DNA from: Macrostomum lignano
Lineage: Eukaryota
Assembly (NCBI GenBank): GCA_002269645.1
Contig: NIVC01001154.1
Span: forward strand, 146,077-210,076
DNA length: 64,000 nucleotides
Reading direction: 5' to 3'
Below are positions 9,582 to 22,834 of the stretch, piece after piece; within the stretch, counting starts at the first letter, position 1, and every line of letters starts with the position of its first letter. The position numbers were made by a program, and so were the translations under genes. The notes beneath the pieces were generated by a model. That model had not been told where the DNA came from, made no database searches, and saw only the letters and a list, made by a program, of their open reading frames with translations.

Positions 9582-10058
9582 CCGAGCTGAACTATAATAG
9601 TAAAGCGAGAGAAAGAGAGAGAAAGAGAGAGGCCAAGCAGCTTCTGACACGCAGTTGCGTACGTGATTAGGCAGTCAATTTGGTATTCGCATTTCGGTCT
9701 GAGGCAGAGCCAAAGGCTAAACCGGAGGAAGCTTCACCCCCCCCCCACTTCACTGAATATCCAAATGGTTAATTTGCAAGTTCGCCTGAACTACTGGTAT
9801 AGCTGGTTTATAGCCTCTAATTATCTACTGAAGTTCTCAACAAAACGATCTGCTTATTGAATTTCACTTTAGAGTTAAAAATGAGAAAAATATTTTCAAA
9901 ACGAGCATTTCAAAGTGATAATTCAAAGTTCCAACTGAAAATGTACAAGAATTTATGTTTATTTCGGTTTGAAAAGAAAACAAATACAAGATTGAAATAT
10001 TTATAGCGACGAAAGATGCTGCCTTTCGTCGAAATTCAAGCTCCAGTACATAACATTG

Positions 10059-13000
10059 TCACATGACCTCATCCAGTTCCACAACTGCGTCCTCCTCCAT
10101 CGGATCCGAGGACACGAACACTCCGTCCGAGTATTGTAGTGGTCGCCGCTGCTGATCTCGCAGGCTGTCGGAATCTTCGCCAATTGATGACGGCCCCTCT
10201 GTCGACCTGGCGCCGGGAGTCAGATTTGACGCTTCTCCTAGTTCAGCGCCGCCAGCAGTAGTCGGAGTGTCCGGTGGCGCGTAGCGCGGACTACTAGCGC
10301 CAGCGGCGTCTGGAGCGTCCGGGCTGGCAAAGCCAAGACCGAGTCGGTACCTGCCGCCGCCGCCGCCCGAGTCCGACGTCCAGTCGGAGATGCCAGGCAG
10401 CTGAGGAGGCATCGGGCGGCCTCCGTAGCCGCGGAATCCCTGACCGCCAGCTGACGGCTGCTTCCTTGCCAGGCGAACGCTCAGAACGCTGCCTTTGACC
10501 AGCTGGCCATCCAGCTGATGATAATTGGGAGGGAGGTGTTGGAAAGTAGAGTTACGCCGCAGCATAGGAGCCTAGCAAAATCGAATATAATAAACACCGG
10601 TATAGAATGAGGGACTGAGTTGAGTGAAGGACTCACTGAGTTGAGTGAGGGACTCACTGAGTTGAGTGAGGGACTATCTGAGTTGAGTGAGGGACTCACT
10701 GAGTTGAGTGAGGGACTCTCTGAGTTGACTGAGGGACTCACTGAGTTGAGTGAGGGACTCTCTGAGTTGAGTGAGGGACTCTCTGAGTTGAGTGAGGGAC
10801 TTTCTGAGTTGAGTGAGGGACTCTCTAAGTTGAGTGAGGGACTCTCTAAGTTGAGTGAGGGACTATCTGAGATGAGTGAGGGACTCTTCGAGTTGACTGA
10901 GGGACTCTTCGAGATTACTGAGGGACTCTTTGAGTTGACTGAGGGACTCTCTTGAGTTGAGTGACGGACTCTGTGAGTTGAGTGAGGGACTCTCTGAGTT
11001 GACTGAGGGACTCTTCGAGTTGACTGAGGGACTCTTCGAGTTGACTGAGGGACTCTTCGAGTTGACTGAGGGACTCTTCGAGATTACTGAGGGACTCTTT
11101 GAGTTGACTGAGGTACTCTGAGTTGAGTGAGGGACTTATTGAGCTGATGACGGTATTTCTCGAGTTGGTTGGAGTGAAGTTGCGATAATTATGGATAATC
11201 ACGAGTTTTAAAAATATTTTAACGGCATGGTAATCGCTAGCCAAAGAAACTCCATCATACACATACGCACAACAAGGTTATGCAGTAGCAATTTCCGTAC
11301 CACTGCTAAATAACAACTTTATGGAGCTGCAGTGTTGACTAAACAAGCTTTGTAACAAAATTGTAAGATAGCTAAGCTACATAAATGCCCAAACCTCAGA
11401 TACAAAGTCTAGCCAAGTCCAACTCTCTCATTTAGAATTTGTATCTTAGCACATTTTCTTAATACTGCGCGCCAAAAACTGCAGTCGCGTGCTTGAATCA
11501 CCTGTTCAGACAGGCCATGACCAGCCCTCCCCCTACCCTCACCTTTCCCTCGACTATTTATCTAGCCACCCAACTTAGCCTTCTACAAATTAGCTGGCAA
11601 GGCAATCTGATAAGAAAGGCGACTTGAACTGCATGAAACTGGCGATCGCGCACTGATTGAAATAAAAAAAGAGACTATAAAATCTTTCAAAGCTCCATGC
11701 GAGTGCCAGATACGAGTAGGTGAAAAAATGAGAACACAGGGACAGGGGGAAAGTAAAGTACCCATTATCTGTCTCACCTGCTTGTGCGCGCATGTGCACA
11801 CGAAACACTAAACTGGTACTTGTAAGATTTTACCAAACTGTGTATTTTTGACGAGGGTTGACGGCAAGCTTAGTAATGAGCCATGATGAACTCACTGATG
11901 TGAACTCACTGATAAGCAGTTCGTTGCAGCCAGCTTCCACTAGGACCCTGTCTAGTCTGCCTTATGTAGCTGACACCCCTTAGCTGGCGCCCCTTCTGTA
12001 GCCGGCGCCTCTTTTGCTACCAGCGCCTGACTATGTTGATGGCGCCTCTATTGCTGACGCCCTTTTCTGTAGCTGGCGCCCCTTCTGTATCTGGCGCCCC
12101 CTATAAGCTGCCGTCTATTCAAGTCACAAGTCAAATTCAACGTCAGGGTACCCAAAAACCGATCATAAGCTTTACAGATCAAAAAAACTTTCTATTAGTG
12201 TAGAAACACCAGAAATTAATAGAATTGCAGGCAAACTTGACAGTTGCATCCGTTTTTTCCGGTTAATAAAAATTTACTAAGCGATAAAAGCACATAAACA
12301 GAAACGAATAACCGCTAAACTCTACAGAGGGGTAAAAGTTAGCAAGTGAAGGATGCGAGGGGTCCGGCAGCTAGTGAAACTTCTATAAACGGCCGGGACC
12401 AGATAAAATTTCTGCGTCAAAATCTTGCCGCCCGTACCGACTAAGCCATAGTTGGTAGCATAGCCCAAACTATTCAATACTTCTAAGTCTCTCAGGTTTA
12501 GTTTTGACCATAAATAGAATTTTCTCGGCGCCGGCCGCTTACCAAATAAGGAATGTGTCAGGCCTCGCGTAGACTAGAGCGGCCCGCCCCGCCTCCGAAC
12601 TCTTACCAACCCCTCTTTGCCCCTGGACCGCCGGCTGCGCCACCCGCTACCCCCTAGGCCACCCCAGCCATAAGGCACGAAATTAATTTTTAATTACTAA
12701 GTCGCTAATAAGCGATTCCACCTACTTACAGTAGAAAGCAGATAATATTAAGCAAATGTTTCAGCAAAAACAAACAACGCAAATACAATACGTAAACTGC
12801 TAAGTCAACAGAATTCTAATTCCAATTCCAATTCGAAGTTAAGTGAAATTTTATGTTTTGATCTGTGCTTAACAGTGAAAAAATTAACAGAATCAATAAA
12901 AACAATTGTAAAAACTTCGCGACCGTTTCTGCATAAAAATCCTACATTAAGAACTTCTAAAAAACGACTAATGGCTAAATGTAACTTATAAGACGCTTTT

Positions 13001-14429
13001 AAAGAACTTTGCTAGTGACCTTCAAGCCATCTACCTCACCCCGTTTGAGGCCACTTCCTGCCCCTCTGAGCTTTATCGCGAGCGTGTGAGCGCTAAGGTC
13101 TATCTATCTACGAGCTAATTAATTAAAAATATTAAGTAGCATACCTGATCCATAGCGTTAGCGGCGTCGTCCTCCGATTCGAACGTGACAAACGCCTTCG
13201 GCTTGTTGTTGGCTTTGAAGTCGCCAAACCGGCCGGCGAGGCCGCCAGCGCGATTCTCCATAGCGATGCGCGAGATCGGGCCGAACGGGCTGAACGCCGA
13301 CCGGAGCATATCTGGATGGATATTGTAGCCCTGCACGAATAGAGTGTTGCCACGGGGCTTATTGGGCTCGGCGCTGTTCCCTGACGGGGTAGCTGGCGCC
13401 GGATCCTGTACGCCGCCAGAAACGAAGCTGTCGTAGAGATTCGAGCGCGGCCGCTTGGCTGGCGGCTGCTGCAGCTGATTCTGATGCTGTTGAATCTCGT
13501 CAGAGCCGCCGCCAGTAGGCGAGTAGGGCCGATAAGCGGAGACTGGGCCAGTCGAATCGCGGCCTTTCTTCATCAATACCCGAGGCGGGCAGGCGCTTTG
13601 TATTTTAATTTTGCCCAGTTTCACCAGGCGCTCAGCCGCCACCCTGGCATCTTCGTTAGGCTTAACCGGCGTTTCCTCCTTCTCGCGATTTGTCTCGGCC
13701 TCGGCCGCTTGCCGGCTGCGCAGCTCAGTCAGCTGTTTTCTCTGCGGCGATTGACAGGCACAGTTAAAATATATAACTTTTGTAGATCTAAGGTTAACCT
13801 TGACCCGGTGAATTGATCCTAAAGCAGAGCAGATAGTAGAGTAGGGTCCTTACTTGGAGATCGGGTAGAGTAGGGTCCTTACTTGGAGATCGGGTAGAGT
13901 AGGGTCCTTACTTGGAGATCTGGTAGAGTAGGGTCCTTACTTGGAGATCGGGTAGAGTAGGGTCCTTACTTTGAGATCGGGTAGAGTAGGGTCCTTACTT
14001 GGAGATCGGGTAGAGTAGGGTCCTTACTTGGAGATGTGGTAGAGTAGGGTCCTTACTTGGAGATGTGGTAGAGTAGGGTCTCAACCTGGAGATGTGGTAG
14101 AGTAGGGTCTCAACCTGGAGATGTGGTAGAGTAGGGTCTCAACCTGGAGATGTGGTAGAGTAGGGTCTAAACCTGGAGATGTGGTAGAGTAGGGTCTCAA
14201 CTTGGAGATGTGGTAGAGTAGGGTCTCAACCTGGAGATGTGGTAGAGTAGGGTCTTAACTAACTTGGAGATCTGCTAGAATAGAAGCTCAGCCTAAGAAA
14301 AGACAATTTTAGGCCAAAGAAACAATCCATTTTACTTACTAATTGCTTTAACAATGCATAATTTTGCAGCAGCATTTCCTCTTCTTCAGTATTTTTCTCA
14401 GGAAATTTATTTGATTTCTTCATAGTCAT
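10059..14429 (-). CDS. NELFE: Negative elongation factor E (RRM protein), 3 coding exons, about 380 aa
   Basis: Exons 14429-14340, 13741-13145 and 10514-10059, all phase 0 with GT-AG. N-terminal TEEEEMLLQNYALLKQL, AERLVKLGKI, RRM GNTLFVQG..LRSAFSPFGPI..AFVTFES..LDGQLV..LSVRLARKQP and C-terminal RPLQYSD match NELF-E motifs. Confidence 0.9.
10608..11136. repeat. 21-bp minisatellite (GAGTTGAGTGAGGGACTCTCT), about 25 units, NELF-E intron 2
   Basis: Tandem units visible directly. Confidence 0.95.
13837..14275. repeat. 29-bp minisatellite (TAGAGTAGGGTCCTTACTTGGAGATCGGG), about 15 units, NELF-E intron 1
   Basis: Tandem units with two sub-variants (CCTTACTTGG / CTCAACCTGG). Confidence 0.95.
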
Positions 14430-16398
14430 TAAATTAAAGCCTAATGATTGTGGGTAGAAAGGACCAGAAATAGAAGACAGAAGATGATAATGGTTGACGA
14501 AAAATACTTTATTAGTATATCTATTACTATTACTACAAAAGCAACAATTTTTTAATTACTTTTTTACTTTCTTTTTGGAAAATTTGCTAAACTCATTTGG
14601 CTAGTTTAATTTCAGAGGTACTCATTTGTTTGAATATCATAATACATTTAATGATATAATGATTTAAATAAAAATCATTTATTTATTCCAAACTTACTTG
14701 AACCTAGATATTCCAGAATACTATAAAAGAATATTTGCATATACTATGGAGCTCCAAAAATGATTGGATTGGATTAGCTTATGATAAGTTCTTGAGGAAT
14801 GTTCTTATGTATTGGCTTTAAATGCTACCTTCCATTGAGCAAAAATTTTAGAAGTTAGCAAATCACTGTAGTCCTGCATTAACACAAATATACAAGCTTT
14901 GTACATAGACAAAATTTAAGCAGATCTAGCAATTAGGCTATTATTTAGCTTCCTAGTGCATGCTTTTGGTCTGTTGCACAAATACAAGATATTGTTTTCA
15001 ACAAGCAAGACTGTGCTTGTGCACAAACAAATGAAGAAGAAAAGCATTTTTGTCAATTGCCATTTAGTTTATACAGCCTTAAACAAAGTCACAATTTGAC
15101 AGTGCTGCTATGCATCTTTTGTTTGAAGAAATAATAGTTGGGGGTTTGAGACCAACTATTTCTAGTTCTATTCACAAGAACTAGAGCATCACCATCTGCC
15201 AAAAGGCTTCTACTAACATGATCTTGATGATGACAAACACAACACATTGTTATTGCCTTAGCCAATATGTTGCAGCTTTTATATTGACATATAGACATAT
15301 TATTGCATAATTGACAGATTCATAACCAATTGCAAAGGCAATATCAAGCAGATGCCACTGCTTTTTGCCTTTATGTTGCAGTGTAAAACCAAGGACTATA
15401 AACATAATCTATGGACAATGCAGCTAGTGCTAGCTATCAACCTATCATAGCTAGGCCTTGTTCAATTATTTATTTAATTTTCTATTTTACAATACTGAAT
15501 ATACCATTATATAGTGTCCATCATATTTATATATAAGATAGATGAGTTAGAAGTCAAGATAAAACTTTCAACAAAAAACCTACTTTCAGCAAATTGATTT
15601 TTAGCAAATCAACTTGCTACTAGTGACTAAGCATTGGCCTCTAGTAAAAAAATTATTAGGCCTGGCTTAAAATTTGGGATTTTAATGAGATTTTAAAAGC
15701 TATTTTGGTATTTTTATTTTATTTGATGAATCTTACTTGCCTAAAAAGATACCTTAGTCTTAAAAATTAATCATGTAATAAAAAAGGTATTGTAATAGTT
15801 TGACTATTCTGTAATTTGAATCTAGTTTATTTATTCTAACTTTAGTCAAGATCCTTAGCTATAATAATTATGTGTAGTTTATTATAAGGTTCTAATAATA
15901 GGTATTTTGTTTAATTGGTTTCCATTTCTAAGAAATGTGACTCATATTTAAACATGTAAGTTCTAGTCTTTTCTATAAGCATGTGGCAGCCTTAGACATA
16001 GATCAATCAATTTAGCATTTGAAAACCATAGCACACTGATAAATAATCAAAGCCAATCATTAGTATACACATTCATAATAAGACAATACAATTTCTTATA
16101 CTATAGTAAATCATTTAAGACTGATAGGCATAGTTGCTAAACCATTATGTTACTAATAGTAGTGCACTTGTCTCTTTCTAAGTAAATATTAAATATATGG
16201 GACTTATTATAAAATAAAACTGTTTGTATTTATATTTTAAATACTTTATTATGCACTTTGCCTATTAGGCATTGTGATCATTTTGCTAATTTGCTTAGGC
16301 ACTACAAGCTTTTTTAAAAACATTTTGAACTGCTCTCCATTTGTTAAATAATTTTCTTTATTGTATTATTTTATTATATGATCCCTATTAAAAAAGGG

Positions 16399-16920
16399 TA
16401 TAAGACTAAGATGGCCACACAACATTGAATCTCTATTATATCTACTATCTTTTTACCATTAATTAGCAACTTAATAGCTATTGTTAAATTAATTATTGTT
16501 TAATCAATTATATTAATAAATTTTCAGTCTTTGTGCCAATTTATTTCTTACCCTATCAGTATCATTTTATCTATCAAATTTATTACTATCAGTTTTTCAA
16601 AAACCATTGCTATTGGTAATACTATACAAAAATGGGATAAATATGCAATAAGATATTTATTTTTTGCTTGGCTATTTGCTTTATTTAGTGGATAAATATC
16701 TATAGGTAAGCCTATAATAAAAGCTAAAGCAAAAGGAAATGATTATAATGTAATACAATTCTATTATAGCATCTATCTACTTAAGACTTGAAGATCTAAA
16801 CTTAATACAAATTACTACCAATAGGAAATGAGTGAAATATATTGACCTAAGCTTATTATTATCTATTTACATATTTATTTAGAGCTGTGGCCATCTTGGT
16901 ATGTGGCTGTCTTAGTTATA
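16399..16920. mobile_element. Degenerate MITE-like element with TIRs; related copy at about 21955-22405
   Basis: Left TAAGACTAAGATGGCCACAC is inverted to right GTATGTGGCTGTCTTAGTTA; the same motif family flanks 21955-22405. No TSD established. Confidence 0.4.
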
Positions 16921-17412
16921 TGCCTTAAAAGGTCAAGGCAACTAGGCTTAGACAAAGTCAGTTTTCCTTTTTATCATACCCATAATCAGGGTCACTGCAC
17001 ACCTGTGCCAGAATAAATCCTATCAAAAAGTTTGATTGCACCATGCATAAAATGTTATGCTTTTCTTTTCCCACTCTCTTGTTATTTTCTCTGTGTATAT
17101 ATGCTAACTTATAGTTTCCCTATTGCTCACATTCATTTGCTTTATTTTAATTAGTAGCTAGCCTAACAGCTCTTTTATCCAACCTAAAGTGTGCTTTGTG
17201 GCTTTGCTAGATAATATTGGTTTTTGCGAGCTATCTCAGCCAAGGAGCAAACAAACTCATCCATCCCATAGATTTCAATACGATGAAGGAGGTGGTTTAA
17301 ACCATAGACTATCATGTTTTTTCAACCAAACTCATCCAATGGGCGAGCAATCTCAGCCATAGCTTGTCTGCCCATTCATTTCTTCTTCCCTTCTTTCTTT
17401 CCTCCTCCTCCA

Positions 17413-18474
17413 ATGGCTCAGTTGCGACAAACATCCAACTCCGACAGAGAGAAGCTAATCAACGCATGGAATGATAGACAAAATTTGAGCACTGCTTCAC
17501 ACATTCTCGGGATAAAGCTGAAGATGTCCAGACATATAATCCAGACTTACGTAGCTACTGGAAGAATTGCTGCTCTTCAACGTGGCGGAATAAGGGAGGA
17601 ATCAAGCAAGATTGACACAGAAATGCGCCAAGAGTTGACTCGCATTGTGGATGCCAATCTGTTTGCAACACTCAAGACCATGTGTCAGCAGCTGCACAAA
17701 AGACTGCCAAACAAACTCGTGGTGTCAACCACGACTGTGCACAGAGCACTGCAGGGCTCTCTGTACACATTCAAAATTGCAACTAAGGACGCGGACATTT
17801 GCCTGCAAGCCAACTCGGATGAAGTGCTTGCCCAACGATGCAACTATGCCCAGATGATGACGACGCTGCCACACGATGCCGTGGTGGTGTACATCGATGA
17901 GACTGTATATAACTTGTGGAGCCGAAGGTCACAAGGCCGAGCAATCAGAGGTCAGCCTGTGCCTCGCATCTGCACCACTCAGAGAGGACCATATTTGACC
18001 ATTTTCCTTGCCGTCTCCTTTGCACTGGGTTTGGTCAAGAGTGACATCTTCCAAGGAGGCCAAACGCGGCCGCGGTTTCAACAGTTTGTAAACGAGCTAG
18101 TGGAGCAAGTCCAAGGCCAGGTTAACAATGCAAGAATTGTAATTGTCTGTGACGGGCCGACCTTCCACCGTGGAGTCATCGTGCCACAGAATCATCAGCC
18201 GAGGATTTAACTGCAGCTGCTTCCTGCCTATTCGCCGTTCCTAAACCCATGAGAAATGGCGCATAGCGCGGTGAAGGCTGACATCAGATGGCAGCTGGTC
18301 AATCCTGCCCTGGTGGAAGAGGAAGCTGGTGGAATTCTGGATGTAATGAACCATCCCGAGTGGCGCTGTATTCTGTTGGAGCGACTAGGCCGCATTGCCT
18401 TGGACATGGTAACACCACTGAAGGTGGCTCGCTGGGAAATTCATTGTGGCAGAAATTATGCTCAGTGCATCTAG
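17413..18474 (+). pseudogene. IS630/Tc1-family transposase pseudogene
   Basis: HTH N-terminus, VYIDET, IVCDGPTFH, LLPAYSPFLNP*E motifs; in-frame stops at 18208 and 18250. Confidence 0.85.
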
Positions 18475-18561
18475 CAGCAGCCCTTTGTCTAATGAGACTA
18501 GCTGACAAATTGACACCGTGCATCAGATGCAACCAGTGCTTATTTAGTGAGTCATTTGTTT

Positions 18562-18926
18562 TTTTATTAGAGGCAGGGGGGTTGTGTGCACCCTGGCGCA
18601 ATTTAAGCATCATTGGCACACAACTGGCGAGAGGCATTACTGCCCATTCCGCCGACTCCCCTGAGCAGGCATACAAGCGCGCAGATACGTTACGCAGGCA
18701 CACACTCACACAGGAGTGTACAGCAGCCCTAACTTTATCAATTGTTAGGCATGTACACTTCACTGCGCCTTGGGGGGGGGTTGGCTCTCAAGGCTGTTAA
18801 TTGCACAAGCGAGCCAAGCCAAGATTCCAATCCAGCCCCAAATTAATGTGGCTGCACTTGGAATCGAGCCTAGGTTGCGGCACACCAGAGCAGCTGCACT
18901 ACCGCTGGGCTACGGCCCAAAAAAAA
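18562..18926 (-). mobile_element. tRNA-derived SINE, copy 1, with 13-bp TSD
   Basis: Minus strand begins GGGCCGTAGCCCAGCGG (A box) ... GGCTCGATTCC (B box) and ends AATAAAAAAA. TSD GAGTCATTTGTTT at 18549-18561 and 18927-18939. Confidence 0.8.
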
Positions 18927-19266
18927 GAGTCATTTGTTTGTTCTGTTAGTCAATTTCCTGTGTTCTGATGTGCTGCTCTATCATAAAGTCTCTTATATAC
19001 AAACCAATTAAATTTTTCACTTAATAAACAAGCTATGGCTGAGATTGCTCGCCTGTTGGATGAGTTTGGTTGAAAAAACGTGATAGTCTATGGTTCAAAC
19101 CACCTTTGTCGTATTGAAATCTATGGGATGGATGAGTTTGCTTGCTCCTTGGCTGAGATAGCTTGCAAAAAAAGGCTTTTCTTTTCTGAAAAATTTCTTT
19201 TCAAAAATTGGCCAGTAAAAATAATATTAATATTAGCTTGCTCATCCTATTTATCTAATTAATAAA

Positions 19267-19620
19267 ATCCATATACTAAATCCATATACTAAAAATGTGA
19301 TGTTTGTTTGTTTGTACGAAATTGATTTTCTCCTGAATGGCTTGACCGATTTTGTTCGAATTTGCACTGTTCGATCAGAAATTTTCCCGTGATGGTACAT
19401 GCATCGTGGCTAAGAAATTGCTCGATGCTAAAGGCATTAAATATTCGAAAAACATGCTTTTTTGCAAAGGTCAAGCAAAGTTTTCGACTTGAAATGCATT
19501 GTAAGAATGCTAGAGAAAAAACTGACTGGTTGAATTCTGATTCTGAAATAGATTGCATCATAACTGAATTGTAACTCCGACTTGAATTGAAAATGCAGTG
19601 TGGAAGCGTAGCACCAGACT
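19267..19620 (+). mobile_element. Possible non-autonomous Helitron-like (HINE/Lep1-type) fragment
   Basis: TCCATATACTAAAAATGTGATGTTTGTTTGTTTG...GGCTTGACCGATTTTG resembles the 5' end of such elements. No clear CTRR 3' end. Confidence 0.35.
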
Positions 19621-19898
19621 TGATTTAAATTGCGTAACCATATTGTTAACTGATACTGACTGACTGAGAAACTGATTATGTCATAACTGCTTCGTGTGAT
19701 TTACTCTATGCTTGGATTTTAAAGTGTTGAATTATATAAGTGCAAAATTTCATGTTATCAAAACGATGAGAGCTAGCCTAGAGGTGAACAAACTGAACTG
19801 CTAAATGCAGCAACGATGGTTCGAATTTTCATAGAGTATATTTTTTTAATTAAAGCTTTTCATTGTCAGGAAAACTAAAAGACTTTTTAAAAAGAATT

Positions 19899-20368
19899 GC
19901 GTCATGTAAAATCATAGAAGCGTCATGTAAAAATCATAGAAGCGTCATGTAAAAAATCATAGAAGCGTCATGTAAAAATCATAGAAGCGTCATGTAAAAA
20001 ATCATAGAAGCGTCATGTAAAAATCATAGAAACATCATAAAAAAATCATAAAAGCGTCATGAAAAATCATAGAAGCGTCATGAAAAATCATAGAAGCGTC
20101 ATGTAAAATCATAGAAGCGTCATGTAAAAATCATAGAAGCGTCATGTAAAAATCAGAGAAGCGTCATGTAAAAATCAGAGAAGCGTCATGTAAAAATCAT
20201 AGAAGCGTCATGTAAAAATCATAGAAATGTCATGAAAAAATCATAGAAGCGTCATGTAAAAATCATAGAAACATCATAAAAAAATCATAGAAGCGTCATG
20301 AAAAATCATAGAAGCGTCATGTAAAAAATCATAGAAGCGTCATGTAAAAAATTATAGTCATGTAAAAT
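19899..20368. repeat. 21-24-bp minisatellite (GCGTCATGTAAAAATCATAGAA), about 21 units
   Basis: Tandem units visible directly. Confidence 0.95.
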
Positions 20369-20375
20369 TATATAT

Positions 20376-20470
20376 TTCTTTCGCCAAAATGTACATCTAT
20401 TGAAACTTAAGATTCACTTTTGCCGAAGCGTCTTTCGCCGAAAATTCCTTCGCCAAAATGGGCTGCACCC
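20376..20470 (-). mobile_element. Terminus of a TTCGGCGAA-repeat DNA transposon (same family as 44559-48969)
   Basis: Near-identical inverted match to 44559-44655. Confidence 0.7.
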
Positions 20471-20587
20471 GCCACACCTACGCCTACCTTAATATATCAA
20501 CAGTGAATGAAGAAGGCGCTATCAAAATGAATAGGCCTAATTGAGATACAACAGCAAAAAATGTGACCAAATGCACTTGTCGGGATA

Positions 20588-21026
20588 GTGAGACTGCTCC
20601 AACTGCCCAAATTGCAATTTTTCTTGCTGCCTAAGCCAGAAGCCTCAGTCAATCAGGTCCAAGATGAAGACCCCGACACTTGGATCAAGGAGATTGACAT
20701 CAGCAGGAATCTGTCCAGTGACCAGCATGCTCAAGTCATTGAGCTGCTAAAGAAGTACAATACCATCTTCTCTCAGGGGCCAAACAATCTTGGCCAAACT
20801 CATTTAGTCACCCACAATATCATGCTGAAGGACAAAGATCCTGGTGATCATCCCAAAGAAGGATGGCAGCCTAAGAGTTGTACAAGACTTCAGGAGTTTA
20901 AACCAAAAGTGCAAGTACTTTCCATACCAGATACCAAACATCCAAGAAGCATTCGCCAGCCTGGAAGGAAGCCAGCTATTTAGCACATTCATTACCCATA
21001 TAGATTTTAGGCTAATGATTAAATAA
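20588..21026 (+). pseudogene. Internally deleted Gypsy RT fragment
   Basis: WIKEIDI..QHAQVIELLKKY..FSQ..LGQTHLVTHNI and IIPKKDGSLRVVQDFRSLN..YFPYQIPNI parallel the start of the pol at 3900-4350; frameshifted. Confidence 0.8.
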
Positions 21027-22834
21027 AATAAAGCAGTTAATCATTACAATCCACACATTGCAAAATTGCCATTAAAACGAATTGGAAAACAAAACACCCC
21101 CCTAACTTTTGTTATCTCAATATTGTTTGCTGCAACACATGCTCTTAGATAAAAATACCATTTTTAGTTAGATAAATTAATGTAAAATCTAGCAAAACAA
21201 ACGTATTCGTAATCGTTTAGCAAACTCGAGTCTAGCAAAGCAAAGCAAACTCGAGGAAAATAAGGTAAAACGTATATTTAAGTAGCAGTAATTTCTTAGA
21301 AAGTTTGATAAAACAGAATTTCCTTAAAAAAGTATATCCTTAAACAAATCTAACTGTTATATCTTAGCATGTATAACTAAATATTTTTATATTTCTAAAG
21401 TGACGTAAAATTTTGAGTCTAAAATATACACGATGAAAACACAACAAAATGTTTAACTTTTGCAAATTAAGGTTGAAAATGATCTTTGAACTCGTCCGCA
21501 ATTATGAAATAAGCAAATTAGCATATTCTTGTGTTAAATGAAAGGTTTGCTTTTTTAAGATTTATTTTGGTTTCTATTATTGCTATCTATACTATTTTAT
21601 TGCTGTTATTATTGTAATATTGTTATTACCATTAATAATAAACCTAGACCACAAAATAACAATTTTTTCGCTTTTCTGAACTAGCTTACATTTTTTATTT
21701 TAGATTCTTGTTTTTCATTTTATTTTATTTTAAAGACCTACATTATTAAGATTATTTTAATGTTCCTAAGCATTTTAAATAAGATAAATGAATTTTAATA
21801 TTTTACTTTAATTCTATTGGTTTTTTATATTTATAATATTATATCCTACTAATGGCTTTTCTTTGGCCTATATTAGTAACAGTATGGTTTCAATTTTCAG
21901 TATTATTCATGGCATAAAACAATTACAACTAGAAACCATTATTAGGTGCATGACTTATGACTAAGACTGCCATACACCAAGACCACCACAGCTATTACCA
22001 GCTACTAGTATTGTCATTGAGGGGAGCTACCAATCTTTTAGCATTGCTATTCCTCTCATAGCCATAGGTTCTTTTCTCGCAGCCTTGTCTTGCTGGCTCT
22101 CCTACCCACTCATCTTCTCTTTAACACCATCTAATAATCACATTGAGCCAAATTTCTCCCCTAGCTCTCCCAAGTATGATGGTCTTGGTCAAGGGCATAG
22201 GGAGGGAAAGATAGGGGGGATGTATCTCCCTCCCAAAGAGTGTAACCAAAACTTTTTTGTTGCCCTTTGTTGCTCTACATGCTACTATGTGACTCTGTCA
22301 TAGCACTACCCCCCCTCCCCATAGAAAATTCACCTAGGTGTATCCCCCTATAGGAAATTCTTGGCTATGCCCCTGGTCTTGGTATGTGGCAGTCTTGGTC
22401 CTACATCTATATTAAGAATTCTCCTTATTTCTTTTGACTCTTGCAAGAAAGTTGTAAGAATTTATAGGGAATTTACAAGCTATAAATATGGATATAGGTA
22501 ATAATAATCTATGGATATAGATAGCTATAGTAAAAAATGAGCTATGGCTATAGATATAGATATCAGAAAAAGGGCATATCAACTTAAGTTCATAAAGTGG
22601 AGCCCAAGTAACCTATGCACACATATGTCATTCTGCTCATAGTGACACAAAGAAGCTAAATTTAGCAAAAAAGTGACAAAAATTGGACTTAGGATATGGG
22701 ATAATAACTAAGGACATAATTAGGGACTACCATTTCCCATTTCATTTATATTGTCAATAGACTATGGCATAATATTAATTTTATTGGTGTTTAGCACACT
22801 TACTAATAAATCTTTAATACTTTTCTGTTGAGCA

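Larger units (their letters stand above)
17214..19170 (+). mobile_element. IS630/Tc1-mariner transposon with about 145-bp TIRs (17222-17367, 19028-19170), containing a SINE insertion
   Basis: Inverted repeats were aligned by eye and enclose a DDE transposase. TA precedes the left end; the outermost bases of the right TIR are missing. Confidence 0.8.

Noticed and set aside
10608-11136. SELSEGL heptad ORF (10620-10955) and CRISPR-like appearance of this and other arrays
   Set aside because: Intronic minisatellite with unit length divisible by 3; no unique spacers, no cas genes, eukaryotic context.
18850-18918. Stand-alone tRNA gene
   Set aside because: No convincing cloverleaf; the head is attached to a 300-bp body with a tail and TSD, so it is a SINE.
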